Below, one piece after another: positions 37,706 to 47,100 of a stretch of 53,582 bases of DNA. A program made the translations under genes and the position numbers. This DNA comes from a virus (lineage: Duplodnaviria; Caudoviricetes). Position 1 is the first letter of the stretch, and each line of letters starts with the position of its first letter. Below the pieces are notes generated by a model, which saw only the letters and a program-made list of their open reading frames with translations, did no database searches and had not been told where the DNA came from. The DNA is taken from the IMG/VR virus record IMGVR_UViG_3300017971_000344, positions 1 through 53,582 of that record; one strand, given 5' to 3'.

Positions 37706-40321
37706 ATGATCAAATTCCGCGGACACCTATATCGAGCTGCCTACACGCCAGCGCCGCTTAGCCTCAAAATCAGCAAACGCAAGTCCGATTTGGCACGTAA
37801 GAGCTTGATTGGCTTCTTGGCTCAACTAGATGGAGAAGCAGCCGGTAAATTGGCTGAGTGTTGTTTGTGGAAGCTACCGACGCTACGCAACCTGCTGAGC
37901 TTCCTGGTTCGTGATTGGAATCGTACGCTTGACGATGACATTATGTCGTCAACTTCATTGAGTCAGATCATCAACCAGTTTGATTTGTACGGTCAGTACT
38001 CCGAGTACGAACAGCGTATTCTGCAGCAGTTCCAAGATCTCGTAGAAGACGCCAACGACAATTACTACGAAGTGGACCTGCTGGACCACCGGTGGGACGA
38101 CATCGAAGAGGCTTACGATTATGACAACGGTGAGGGGAGTTTCGCCGCAGAGGCAGCTCCCGTCCTCCGCAACCTCACCAAACTACCCTCATGGCTCAAG
38201 GCCTACCGACAGTTCATTGATGACTTGCGTGCTACTTTGGAGTGGCAACAGCACAAGTCCAGAAGTTATTTGCAGCAAGGGGCTGAAGACCCGCATCCGC
38301 CGGGTGTAGAAGATTTGGAGTTGGTGTGGCACGCCACTACTGCCTATAAACCCATCCTCGAGCAAGGCTTCAAAACGCGCTCGGAGTTAGGTGGTCAGGG
38401 TGGTCTCGGCGGTAGCATGAGCACCACCGGCATACAACAAGAAGGTATCTCGTTCACCGGTAACGAAGAAGTTGCACGGTCGATTTTGGAATCGTTCTGG
38501 GATATGGCGGAGTTGCTACAAGGACCTCGAGACAAAACTACCCTGATGGCTTTCGCCCGCAGGCTAGAGATTCCCGAAGATACGATTCAGAAGTACATTC
38601 CCCAACTTTACCGTATGGACGAAGACGAGCAGCTGAGTCCACGAGATACTTTTGACATCGTCCGCAACATCATCGGTCAGGCGAGTGTCTTGGGTACGTA
38701 TTACGATCCCGTGTACCTGCTGGAAGAAGGAACCGTCGACACCTTCATGCGTTTGAAGCCTAACGACACTGGCGTCATCGAAGCCATCATCGACACTACC
38801 AAACCAGACGCTAGATACTTCCGGTCGATGGATGAGTGGCGCGTACCGCTTGACGCCATCGTCAGCTATGGTCCAGTAGGTAGCCAGCAACTACCCAGAA
38901 GCGCGTCGGCGATTCAACGACAAGCCGCCAATCCAGCACAGGACGAGGCATTCAGACGTCAAGCCGTACAGGCGTACGAAGAGCTAATCCGGCGCGCAAA
39001 CCAAAAGCAAGCCAAGCCGGTCAAAGCTACCGGCGAAGACATTGGACCAGACGGCAGAATAGTTGCCTGGTCGATAGACAACCTGGAAGCTGGGTTGAAC
39101 GTCCAACTGCGTCCCCGCCCCGCCGGCAGTCAAACCAACGGACAGTATATCCACAGTAAGTTTGGTCCATCTACTATCATTCTGTACAACGGTGACCCGC
39201 AAGGTGATTTCTGGCGCAGCGATGTAGACCACCAACTGATGCTACTACCATATGCCTTGTCCCGTCGTACGTTTGTTCATGAGTACATTCATGCGTTGGA
39301 TTGGAAGCGTGCTCCCCATATCGGATATGGCGGACACAAAACTATCGGCGAAATGGACGACCAGGAGTATGCTGCCTACCTGTCGGAGCCGGCTGAGTTC
39401 AATGCATGGTTCCAGTCGTTTGCGAATGAAATCGAACGCGAGATAAATGTCTTTGTCGACAAAGTGCCATCGAATATGTGGCCTGACCATATGAAGGTGA
39501 CGAACGCGTTCGTCACCTGGTTCATGCGGTCATTTAAGCACAATGGCTGGCGTATCGATATCTTGCCGGCAAAGATCCAACGCAAGATCCAAAAGCGGCT
39601 GGCTCAGATGTTTCAACACGTTTGGCGTGATCCTGAGCCCGATCAGTTCGATATTCAGAAGTATCTAGCTAGCATGAACGAGCAGCTGTGGGCCATCATG
39701 GAGATGCGGGTAGAGCGGCTGGACTACATGGATGACCCTGATGGTGTAGAGACACGGTTTGATCAATTCATCGGCAGTTCCTTTGAGGAGTTCCTGTCCA
39801 TACACGGAAGTTACCTCGATAAACTCCAAGGTAGTCAGCTTCTGGCTGCCAAAACTGGACTGAGGGAATTGTACCGACAGTTGCAACAAGAACGAGACGG
39901 GGTGGTGCAGGCGGGTCGTAGAAAGAAAACTACCGCTGCTTACTATCGTCAATACGAACCAGGTGCGTTAACACATCGGCGACACTCACCGAGGTTGTCG
40001 GACTATGTTGTGTTGTTTACCGACGACGAAGAACGAAACCAGCACTACGGCGACCACGTTTGGACATTAAATACTGATCTGCCTGAAGTTCCTGACTACA
40101 TCATTGAGTTTGCTGCCGACTATTACGATGTTGACTTGAAAGAAGCCGAAGAGTTAGTCGACCCACCCAACATAGTAGACTCGGCCGGTGCGTGGGACGA
40201 TCCTGAGTTTGTTTATGCAGTGTGGGAACAGTTTGAGGAGCCCGGCTACCGCACCTACGATGGGGCTGTCGTTCTGGACAAAGAAGCGGTTCAGCTGGAG
40301 TATCGGTACGACGAAGACTAA
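37706..40321 (+). CDS. Multidomain (polyvalent-like) protein: ART-like + zincin + C-terminal domain
   Basis: Starts MIKFRGHLYRAA; VWHAT...GF...ISFT...DEWRV; HEYIHALD...PAEFNA. Confidence 0.7.
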   Translation: MIKFRGHLYRAAYTPAPLSLKISKRKSDLARKSLIGFLAQLDGEAAGKLAECCLWKLPTLRNLLSFLVRDWNRTLDDDIMSSTSLSQIINQFDLYGQYSEYEQRILQQFQDLVEDANDNYYEVDLLDHRWDDIEEAYDYDNGEGSFAAEAAPVLRNLTKLPSWLKAYRQFIDDLRATLEWQQHKSRSYLQQGAEDPHPPGVEDLELVWHATTAYKPILEQGFKTRSELGGQGGLGGSMSTTGIQQEGISFTGNEEVARSILESFWDMAELLQGPRDKTTLMAFARRLEIPEDTIQKYIPQLYRMDEDEQLSPRDTFDIVRNIIGQASVLGTYYDPVYLLEEGTVDTFMRLKPNDTGVIEAIIDTTKPDARYFRSMDEWRVPLDAIVSYGPVGSQQLPRSASAIQRQAANPAQDEAFRRQAVQAYEELIRRANQKQAKPVKATGEDIGPDGRIVAWSIDNLEAGLNVQLRPRPAGSQTNGQYIHSKFGPSTIILYNGDPQGDFWRSDVDHQLMLLPYALSRRTFVHEYIHALDWKRAPHIGYGGHKTIGEMDDQEYAAYLSEPAEFNAWFQSFANEIEREINVFVDKVPSNMWPDHMKVTNAFVTWFMRSFKHNGWRIDILPAKIQRKIQKRLAQMFQHVWRDPEPDQFDIQKYLASMNEQLWAIMEMRVERLDYMDDPDGVETRFDQFIGSSFEEFLSIHGSYLDKLQGSQLLAAKTGLRELYRQLQQERDGVVQAGRRKKTTAAYYRQYEPGALTHRRHSPRLSDYVVLFTDDEERNQHYGDHVWTLNTDLPEVPDYIIEFAADYYDVDLKEAEELVDPPNIVDSAGAWDDPEFVYAVWEQFEEPGYRTYDGAVVLDKEAVQLEYRYDED

Positions 40322-40325
40322 CTGC

Positions 40326-40354
40326 TTGACATCCTGCCTTTGCCGTGGTATCTT
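40326..40354 (+). promoter_or_regulatory. Sigma70-type promoter, extended -10, leaderless
   Basis: TTGACA-17nt-TATCTT with TGn; ATG 40361 lies 6 nt downstream. Confidence 0.7.
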
Positions 40355-40360
40355 CACGGC

Positions 40361-40753
40361 ATGGAACACAACTGCCTTTTTTGTAAAAAACCACTCCAAC
40401 AACACGCTACTGATTTCTACAGTTGTGCTGATCCTGCCTGCCCTGCAGCCGACTGCTCGTTCTCCGAAAAAGCTTTGGAACAACTGTTTGGTCAGCCTGC
40501 AGTAAAGGTGTTGCGTCGTAAAGGCTCCGGACCTTCGTCACTTCCTCGGTTGTGTCGCGCTGGATACGAGCCAGATCCACCGCCGGGATGGAATCAGAGC
40601 ATGGCGCTAAAAGCGGAAAGGCGCTTGGAGAAACTATACGACAGTATCGCGTACGCAACTACCAATATCGAATACCACTCAGGCTCTAGTCATCTACGAA
40701 GACTGCTGGAGGACAAACCAGAACTCAAACTCAAGAAGAAGCGGTCCAAATGA
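40361..40753 (+). CDS. Zn-finger hypothetical protein
   Basis: CLFC...CADPAC. Confidence 0.6.
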   Translation: MEHNCLFCKKPLQQHATDFYSCADPACPAADCSFSEKALEQLFGQPAVKVLRRKGSGPSSLPRLCRAGYEPDPPPGWNQSMALKAERRLEKLYDSIAYATTNIEYHSGSSHLRRLLEDKPELKLKKKRSK

Positions 40754-41361
40754 GCATTCCCAAAACACCCATCATGATTGATGGCGTAGTGCACTGGAGA
40801 TGCAGTCTATGCGGTAAAGCGAAGACAGCTGACGATTTCGCCAGAAGGGCTAAGGCTGCCAATGGTTTGTCATCAGATTGTAAACGGTGCCGTGCTAAAG
40901 TAAAAAAGAAGTACTTAGAGAAACAGAAGAGTCGACGTAAAAAGTCCACAGTCAGCAGTACCGAGAGGGCTAAAAGCAGTAGGACTAGACCAGTTACCAA
41001 GAAGCCTCTACCGCTTACTGAAAAAGATCTGCGTACGAAACGCATGTTGGCGTCGTATTATCAGATCCAACGACCCAGAACTAGAAGGGACTGCTCTGAG
41101 ACCAGTAGACCATGTCCGTGGGTTGGTTGTCGCTATCATCTCTATCTTGATGAAGGACGGCATGGCAGTATCAAGTTCAACTTTCCCGATATAGAGCCTT
41201 GGGAGATGGATGAAACGTGTGCTCTTGATCTTGCGTGTGGGATGCCTCTTGACGAGATAAGCGCCAGGCTCAATATCACAGGAGAACGGGTTAGACAAAT
41301 CATCCAGGTCGCTATGGAAAAAATGAAAGTTCTTTACGACGAGCTGGAGGTAGGGCCGTGA
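40750..41361 (+). CDS. Sigma70 region-4 HTH DNA-binding protein with Cys-rich domain
   Basis: RPRTRRDC..RPCPWVGCRYHLYLD...ETCALD...LDEISARLNITGERVRQI. Confidence 0.8.
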   Translation: MSIPKTPIMIDGVVHWRCSLCGKAKTADDFARRAKAANGLSSDCKRCRAKVKKKYLEKQKSRRKKSTVSSTERAKSSRTRPVTKKPLPLTEKDLRTKRMLASYYQIQRPRTRRDCSETSRPCPWVGCRYHLYLDEGRHGSIKFNFPDIEPWEMDETCALDLACGMPLDEISARLNITGERVRQIIQVAMEKMKVLYDELEVGP

Positions 41362-41567
41362 CTGCTTCTGTAAATGACCTCATCAAAGATAACCAACGAA
41401 ACAACGCCATGACGATTGGTGTGTTGGCTACTGGAGCCCATGAGCCTGTCTTGTCCTCCAGTCACCCCTACTGGCGGACGTTAAGCGCTACTGCCAACAC
41501 GATAGGTCCTACGTTGCACGATGTTTCGATGCGCCTCAGGGGCGCTGCTCGCCGACAACTCTGCTAA
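41358..41567 (+). CDS. Hypothetical protein
   Basis: GGAGG RBS, GTGA overlap. Confidence 0.45.
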   Translation: MTASVNDLIKDNQRNNAMTIGVLATGAHEPVLSSSHPYWRTLSATANTIGPTLHDVSMRLRGAARRQLC

Positions 41568-41662
41568 CGCCCACCAATCGCGTTATCCTCTAGTGTAGGT
41601 TTTGATCAACCAATGGTACTGGTGTGCCGTTTGGTTGACATAGTCAATACCGGAGGATACCG

Positions 41663-42847
41663 GTGCCCGATACACCTAAACAACCAGACCCAACTGCCGT
41701 TGAGTTAGACGCTAAAATAATACCTGCGTCAGTCGACACAGCTGCCGGTATGAGTTCCCGATCTAAGTGGCTAGTGGGACTCGTCATGACGGTTATAGGT
41801 TCTTTGGCAGTACCGGCCGCCACAGCGTTCCAGCAGTATGCTTCTACTAAAGCCACTGAAGAAACCGCTACGGCCAAACGCAAGGCTGATGCTTTGGCCA
41901 GTCAGCGTGCCATGCAGGCAGACTTGCTGAAGCGTATCATCGCGGTAGCGGAACGAGCTACACTCAAAGATCCCACCAGCGTGTTCCAACTCGGTCTGAT
42001 CGCTGGTATGGTAAACGAAAACCGGGATGACTTTGGAATTGAGTTAAAAGAAGCCGAACAGACGATGAAGCGGATGTATGATTCTTTGGCCCCTATAGCG
42101 GGACTGAGGCGTCGTATCGCAGAGTCTAATCGCGTGTTGGCCTGGCTGCAGCGCCACGTCAAAACTACAGACCAACAACAAGAGAAGGTACGAAAACAAA
42201 TTATCCAGCTACGTAAGCAGTTGGCGACTAAGCTGCCTCGGTGGCAGCGTGAGCGTTTGCAGCAGGCACTACGAGAGCACCAAAGCCATAGAAGTCAATA
42301 TCGACTAGAGCATCTGTTCTACGAGCAACAAATAAAACGAGAGCAGTTGTTAAAGCATTACTTTACAACTGCATTACTCCGCCAGGAAACAGCACTCAAG
42401 CAACGACTACAGCAAACGACGGCTCTGAGAAAAAGGCTCAAGCAACGAACAGAGCGGTTCGCTTACTTGGTGACTGCATTAAAAATGCAGGTCAAAGTAC
42501 CAGATAAGATATCGCTCGAGATGCGCAGCTTGTTAGTCGATATAGAAATTGATAGTGAGTCTGCGCAGCAAACCATCATCCGGCTGCTTGCTGAGCGAGA
42601 TTCGGAACGCGATGCTTTGACGGTAGCCAAACAAACAATCAAGCGATTGCATAAGAAGCTACGCTGGTACAGGGATAACCAGACATTCGTGCTTCCTTCT
42701 TTGCCTACAATCAAATGTCGGGTGAAGAAAAAGCTGCCCAAGCGCTCCAAGGCAACACGACGACGCTATGTCCCACGACGATCTATTTCTCGACCCAGGT
42801 CCAGTGCCTTCAAAAGTCGTGCTTCCTCTTTACGGGGTTTGTATTGA
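41663..42847 (+). CDS. Membrane-anchored coiled-coil protein with basic tail
   Basis: GGAGG RBS, TM segment, long heptads. Confidence 0.7.
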   Translation: MPDTPKQPDPTAVELDAKIIPASVDTAAGMSSRSKWLVGLVMTVIGSLAVPAATAFQQYASTKATEETATAKRKADALASQRAMQADLLKRIIAVAERATLKDPTSVFQLGLIAGMVNENRDDFGIELKEAEQTMKRMYDSLAPIAGLRRRIAESNRVLAWLQRHVKTTDQQQEKVRKQIIQLRKQLATKLPRWQRERLQQALREHQSHRSQYRLEHLFYEQQIKREQLLKHYFTTALLRQETALKQRLQQTTALRKRLKQRTERFAYLVTALKMQVKVPDKISLEMRSLLVDIEIDSESAQQTIIRLLAERDSERDALTVAKQTIKRLHKKLRWYRDNQTFVLPSLPTIKCRVKKKLPKRSKATRRRYVPRRSISRPRSSAFKSRASSLRGLY

Positions 42848-42859
42848 CAGGAGAACACC

Positions 42860-43222
42860 ATGCCGGTTTACGCGTTGACGATCAAACATCCGTGGCTCTG
42901 GTGTATCCTACATTCAGACAAGCGAATCGAAAACCGTACGTGGACTCCACCCAACAGAGTAGTTGGACAGCGGATATACCTACACAGCTCAAAAGAATTC
43001 GACCATGAAGGCGTTTTGTTTTGCGAACAACAAGGCGTTGAGTTGCCGTCAGAGTACCATTTTGGTTGCATCGAAGGTTCCGCTATCGTGAAGGGTTACG
43101 TGCGTAGTAGCGACAATCACTGGTTTCAAGGCCCGTTCGGTTGGACGCTAGAAGATGTACGGCTGCTCAAGGTACCGTTGCCACGACGCGGGCAGCAGGG
43201 TGTCTGGAAGGTTAAGAAGTAG
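42860..43222 (+). CDS. ASCH domain protein
   Basis: ALTIKHPW...KRIENRTW...IYLHS...RGQQGVW. Confidence 0.85.
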   Translation: MPVYALTIKHPWLWCILHSDKRIENRTWTPPNRVVGQRIYLHSSKEFDHEGVLFCEQQGVELPSEYHFGCIEGSAIVKGYVRSSDNHWFQGPFGWTLEDVRLLKVPLPRRGQQGVWKVKK

Positions 43223-43624
43223 ATGTTTCGTTACCGAGGTTACCTCTATCGTGCCGTCACGATGCCGCCTCCCGGGTTTATGGACGGGGCTTTCTACCGC
43301 GGTGTTCTCTATCACGGATCCGACCGCGGAGATCTCCGCATGCTCGAGCCTAACCAAGGCAATGAGTTTGGTATCTACTTGACGCCCAAACATAGATACG
43401 CTCGACGTTACGGGCAACATTTGTATCGCGTGTTGGCTAACTTTAGAAATCCTATCTTTGTTGCTGATAAGTCAGAGCTGTCGTCGGCTGATCTTACCCA
43501 ACAAGACGTTGAGCAGCTGCAAGCTGCCGGGTACGACGCCATAGTGTCGGGAGGCTCGATCGAGACCGCGAGCGAAGTAGTGCTGTTTGATTCTAGCCAG
43601 GTGCACATACTGGAAGAAGCTTAG
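43223..43624 (+). CDS. ADP-ribosyltransferase-like protein (ART-PolyVal type)
   Basis: LYHGS, GIYLT, YG, NP, GYDAI, EVVLFDSSQV; N-terminal tag MFRYRGYLYRA. Confidence 0.7.
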   Translation: MFRYRGYLYRAVTMPPPGFMDGAFYRGVLYHGSDRGDLRMLEPNQGNEFGIYLTPKHRYARRYGQHLYRVLANFRNPIFVADKSELSSADLTQQDVEQLQAAGYDAIVSGGSIETASEVVLFDSSQVHILEEA

Positions 43625-43625
43625 G

Positions 43626-44180
43626 ATGAAACTCTTTGTCTCGGACTTCGACGACACCCTCTTTAGGTCAGCCTATCCACCTGATGGCTGGGACCGCGAT
43701 CGTGATGGTTACTGGTGGGAGTTGCCAGAATCGTTGGGACCACCCTGCGTACCCAAGGTACCAGGTATGGAGTGGTGGAACCAGCAAGTGGTCAAAAGGG
43801 CCACACAGCTGATTCGAGACCCTGAGTGGTTTTGTTGCTGTCTGACGGGTCGACGCACACACCAAGCTAACTTCAGTCAGCGTATCCCTTGGCTGTTGGA
43901 ACAAAAAGGGCTGCTGTTTGATTTGGTGCGGTTGTGCCCAGCCGATGGCTCTGATCAAGGCGCCACCGGTCCTTGGAAGCTGTCTGTGATACAGCGCCTG
44001 GCCCGTAGGTTCGACGCAGATGAGATAGAAATCTGGGACGACCGTGCCGATCACCTGGCCGACTGGGAAGCTGCTCTGTTGGATTACAACGTCAATACGG
44101 TCCACGTACAGGAGCCGCACCGCCAGTGTCGAGGTTTTCGTTTTCGTGGACGTCAGTACATCGAGGTTAATGATGATTAA
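43626..44180 (+). CDS. HAD-family phosphatase (RNA-repair-type HAD)
   Basis: DFDDTLF, WWN, LTGR, WDDR; C-terminal tag FRFRGRQYIEV. Confidence 0.75.
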   Translation: MKLFVSDFDDTLFRSAYPPDGWDRDRDGYWWELPESLGPPCVPKVPGMEWWNQQVVKRATQLIRDPEWFCCCLTGRRTHQANFSQRIPWLLEQKGLLFDLVRLCPADGSDQGATGPWKLSVIQRLARRFDADEIEIWDDRADHLADWEAALLDYNVNTVHVQEPHRQCRGFRFRGRQYIEVNDD

Positions 44181-47100
44181 GTACCGCGGGTGTCAATATC
44201 GGGAAGCAGGCGAACTTCGCATCGCCTCCAAAGAAATTTTCTACCACGGCACCGCAACAGGACAGAATGACGAGATCCTCAAGAGCATATTGGCGCAAGG
44301 ACTCAACCCAACCCCAAAGCGGCGTGTTTTCTCTGACGATGACGATCGTAAAGACATCACTACACTGGGAGGTACTTACCTGAGTCTGCGTGCAGGAGAT
44401 CTGTCTAAGTTCAGCCTAATGGCACAAAAGAAGTTCGGTGGCGACTACTTGTACGTCATAGTTCAGTTTGAGACCCGCACACCCACCACCACACTAGACG
44501 AAGACGAACTTCTGCCGATTGGCAGAAACCAGGTGTATTTAGATCAATACGGACGTGACAATCTAAATATAACCAGAGTTGATGGTAGTTTTTTGTTTGG
44601 GTTGTTAGAGACAGACAAGATCGACTGGTACGATGTAGCGGAGCACTTTTTGGTTAGCACTGTAGAGCCCCTTTGGGGTAAGCAAGATCCCAGAGCGGTT
44701 CGGCAGATGCTTCTACCGATTGCCAATGTGTTGAAGTGGCAGGCGTATTATCGAGAAGCACAAGCTCGCGAGCATGATGGTTACTGGTATGTACGTCAGT
44801 ACGATGAACTTATCGGTGTGTCGCCCCAGGAAGCTTTGCAAGAACTTCGTGCGGCCACCAAAACAGCGATGTCGGCATTGCGAAGTCTAGCCACGCCTCC
44901 ATCGGCGACTCCCGATGAGCCATATAGTCGCCAGCAACGGCAGCGGGACAACCAGAAGATTCAGACCGAAGAGCCTATTGGCTATCGAGGTGCCAACAAG
45001 ATCATCGCGATTATGCGTTGGGGTGATAGCTACTCTGGTAGTGTCGCCAAAGACTCTTCGTATTACATCGTAGGTCAAATAGTATATGCCACACCAGAAG
45101 GTCAACGCGAGGCTGAGAAGATCATCAATAGCGTACTACGTGAAGGTAAGAGCGAACACATGTTGTGGACTGACCCGCGAGGTACTGTTGTTTATGATGA
45201 GCCTCGTTTATCCTCAGAGAAAGCGGCTTCCGTGTTTATGTATAAAGGACGTGAATACGTAGAACTCAAACAAGGTGATGTGGGTGAAGCGGCTAAACTT
45301 AAGGCGGTAGCGCCGTTAGCGGATCCTACGTGGACGCCTAACGAACATGTAGAGGATGCAAAGAAAATTGAAGTAATCAATTCTGGAATTCCAGAGGAAA
45401 TGTACTTGTTGTTTACCAGTTTTGAGAACTCTCTAGGAGACCGGAAAAACGGAAGGGTCATCCTGACGTGGTTTCCGGACGACCGAGATCTGTTTGAAGG
45501 TGGCGCGTATTGGTTTGAGGAGGGTGGCAAAAAGAAGCTTCAAAGCGTCTATGTGTCGCCTGAGTTCCGTGGGCGCGGTGGGCAGTTACTGGCCGACGCT
45601 TTGAAGTCGATTGGCGTTACTAGTTACGTAGAGCCTCTGTCGCACGCGGGAAAGAGGTACGTCAAGCGCCACAAGTTTACGAAAACGTCCTCTGCGCTGT
45701 ACTGCAAAAGTCAATACGTTACTCGAGATGTCTACGCTAAAACCATCTTAATCAACGAAGAGTTTGTAGCTGGCCTACGCAAAGAATTTTTACGGTACAT
45801 GAAGAACGTCAGGCAGGTCCACGACTACGACACCGCTTGGCAGTTCAAAAAGGTAGGCAACCTCTACGCTGAGAAATTCCACGAGATGTTTTTCGAGCGG
45901 TTCACCAACTACTACCTGAAGCATTACGTTGGCCTCAGTAAGAACATGGCAAGCTTCTGGGGCGACGTGCTCCGCAAGTCTGGTTGGGATTTCTATCTGG
46001 AAATAAGTCCGCCACTGTCCATGGTAGACGAGTACCACGACAAAGAGAGCCTGTACTACGACTACCAACAAGAAGTCGGCAAATGGGCCAACCGAGTAAA
46101 AACGAAAGCAAGAAAGCTTTGGAAAGACCTGCGCGACTTCATTGAATCTCATCCGTCTCATCGAGAAAAAGAGGTAGAACCGTACGTTGAGTTGATGGAT
46201 GATGACAACTACTCCATTGCTGGATTTGACGTTCGTATCAGAGGCTACGGGCAAGAAGGAGCTTTGCCTGAGTACCATGCGGAGTGGTTGTCCATCGCCA
46301 AGGAAGGACTGAAGGAGTATCGCCGACGCGCTTCTGAGCGAATGCCGTGGATGATCAAACACGCGCTGCCTTTCGTCCTTCGTTTTGATATCAGCCTCAA
46401 CAAGGCAGGCGAGTACCAATTCCGCTACATAGACCTATACATGTCGGCCCTTACGGAAAAGACTGACCCAGTAGGTAGATTCGTCAAGACGTGTGCTCAT
46501 GAGATGGGTCATCACCTATGGTACCACCTGAGTGGTGACGCCAAATCTTTCTGGGCAAAAGCCGTTCGAGAAGATTACGCTGCACAGTTGGACTTACAGT
46601 ACGTACTGGATAACTGGTCTGGGTCTGATCCCGACGACGTCTTGGCGTTCATAGCTGACGACTTTCTGAACAAAGGCGACGTCGATACTTACCTTCAGCT
46701 GTGGTCGCTTTATTACCAGCCTGGCTACAAGTACTGGTTTGAAAAAGCCACACGTGCCGATGTAGAAAAGAGGATAGCCGAAGGGGATCGGTATTTGGCG
46801 GTGCAGCAACACCCCATCAGCGCCTACGCGGGACAGAACGAAATAGAGGCGTTTTGTGACGCCGTCGGAAGCTACGTAGCCCACGGAGAGAAAGGTATCT
46901 ATCCTGCCGTGCGTAAGTGGCTGTCGATTGTGCTACCCGATATGAACATCCGACTAGCTGCAAAGAAAGCATCTTCTATGCTAACGTATAAAGGACGTCA
47001 ATACATCAGTTTGACGGATTATCAAAATGGACGAAACAAAACGGCGACACGAGATCGCGATACAGGAAGTCGAGAAGGCTCTGGCGGATCAGATACAGGA

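Noticed and set aside
43286-43320. Extra tag copy AFYRGVLYHGS
   Set aside because: Overlaps the catalytic YHG strand of the ART-like domain, so it was not counted as an independent tag
44044-44169. Upstream extensions in the ORF track (also 17811, 37652, 43587, 49395)
   Set aside because: They overlap upstream genes; downstream ATGs give clean junctions, in several cases with the tag at the N-terminus
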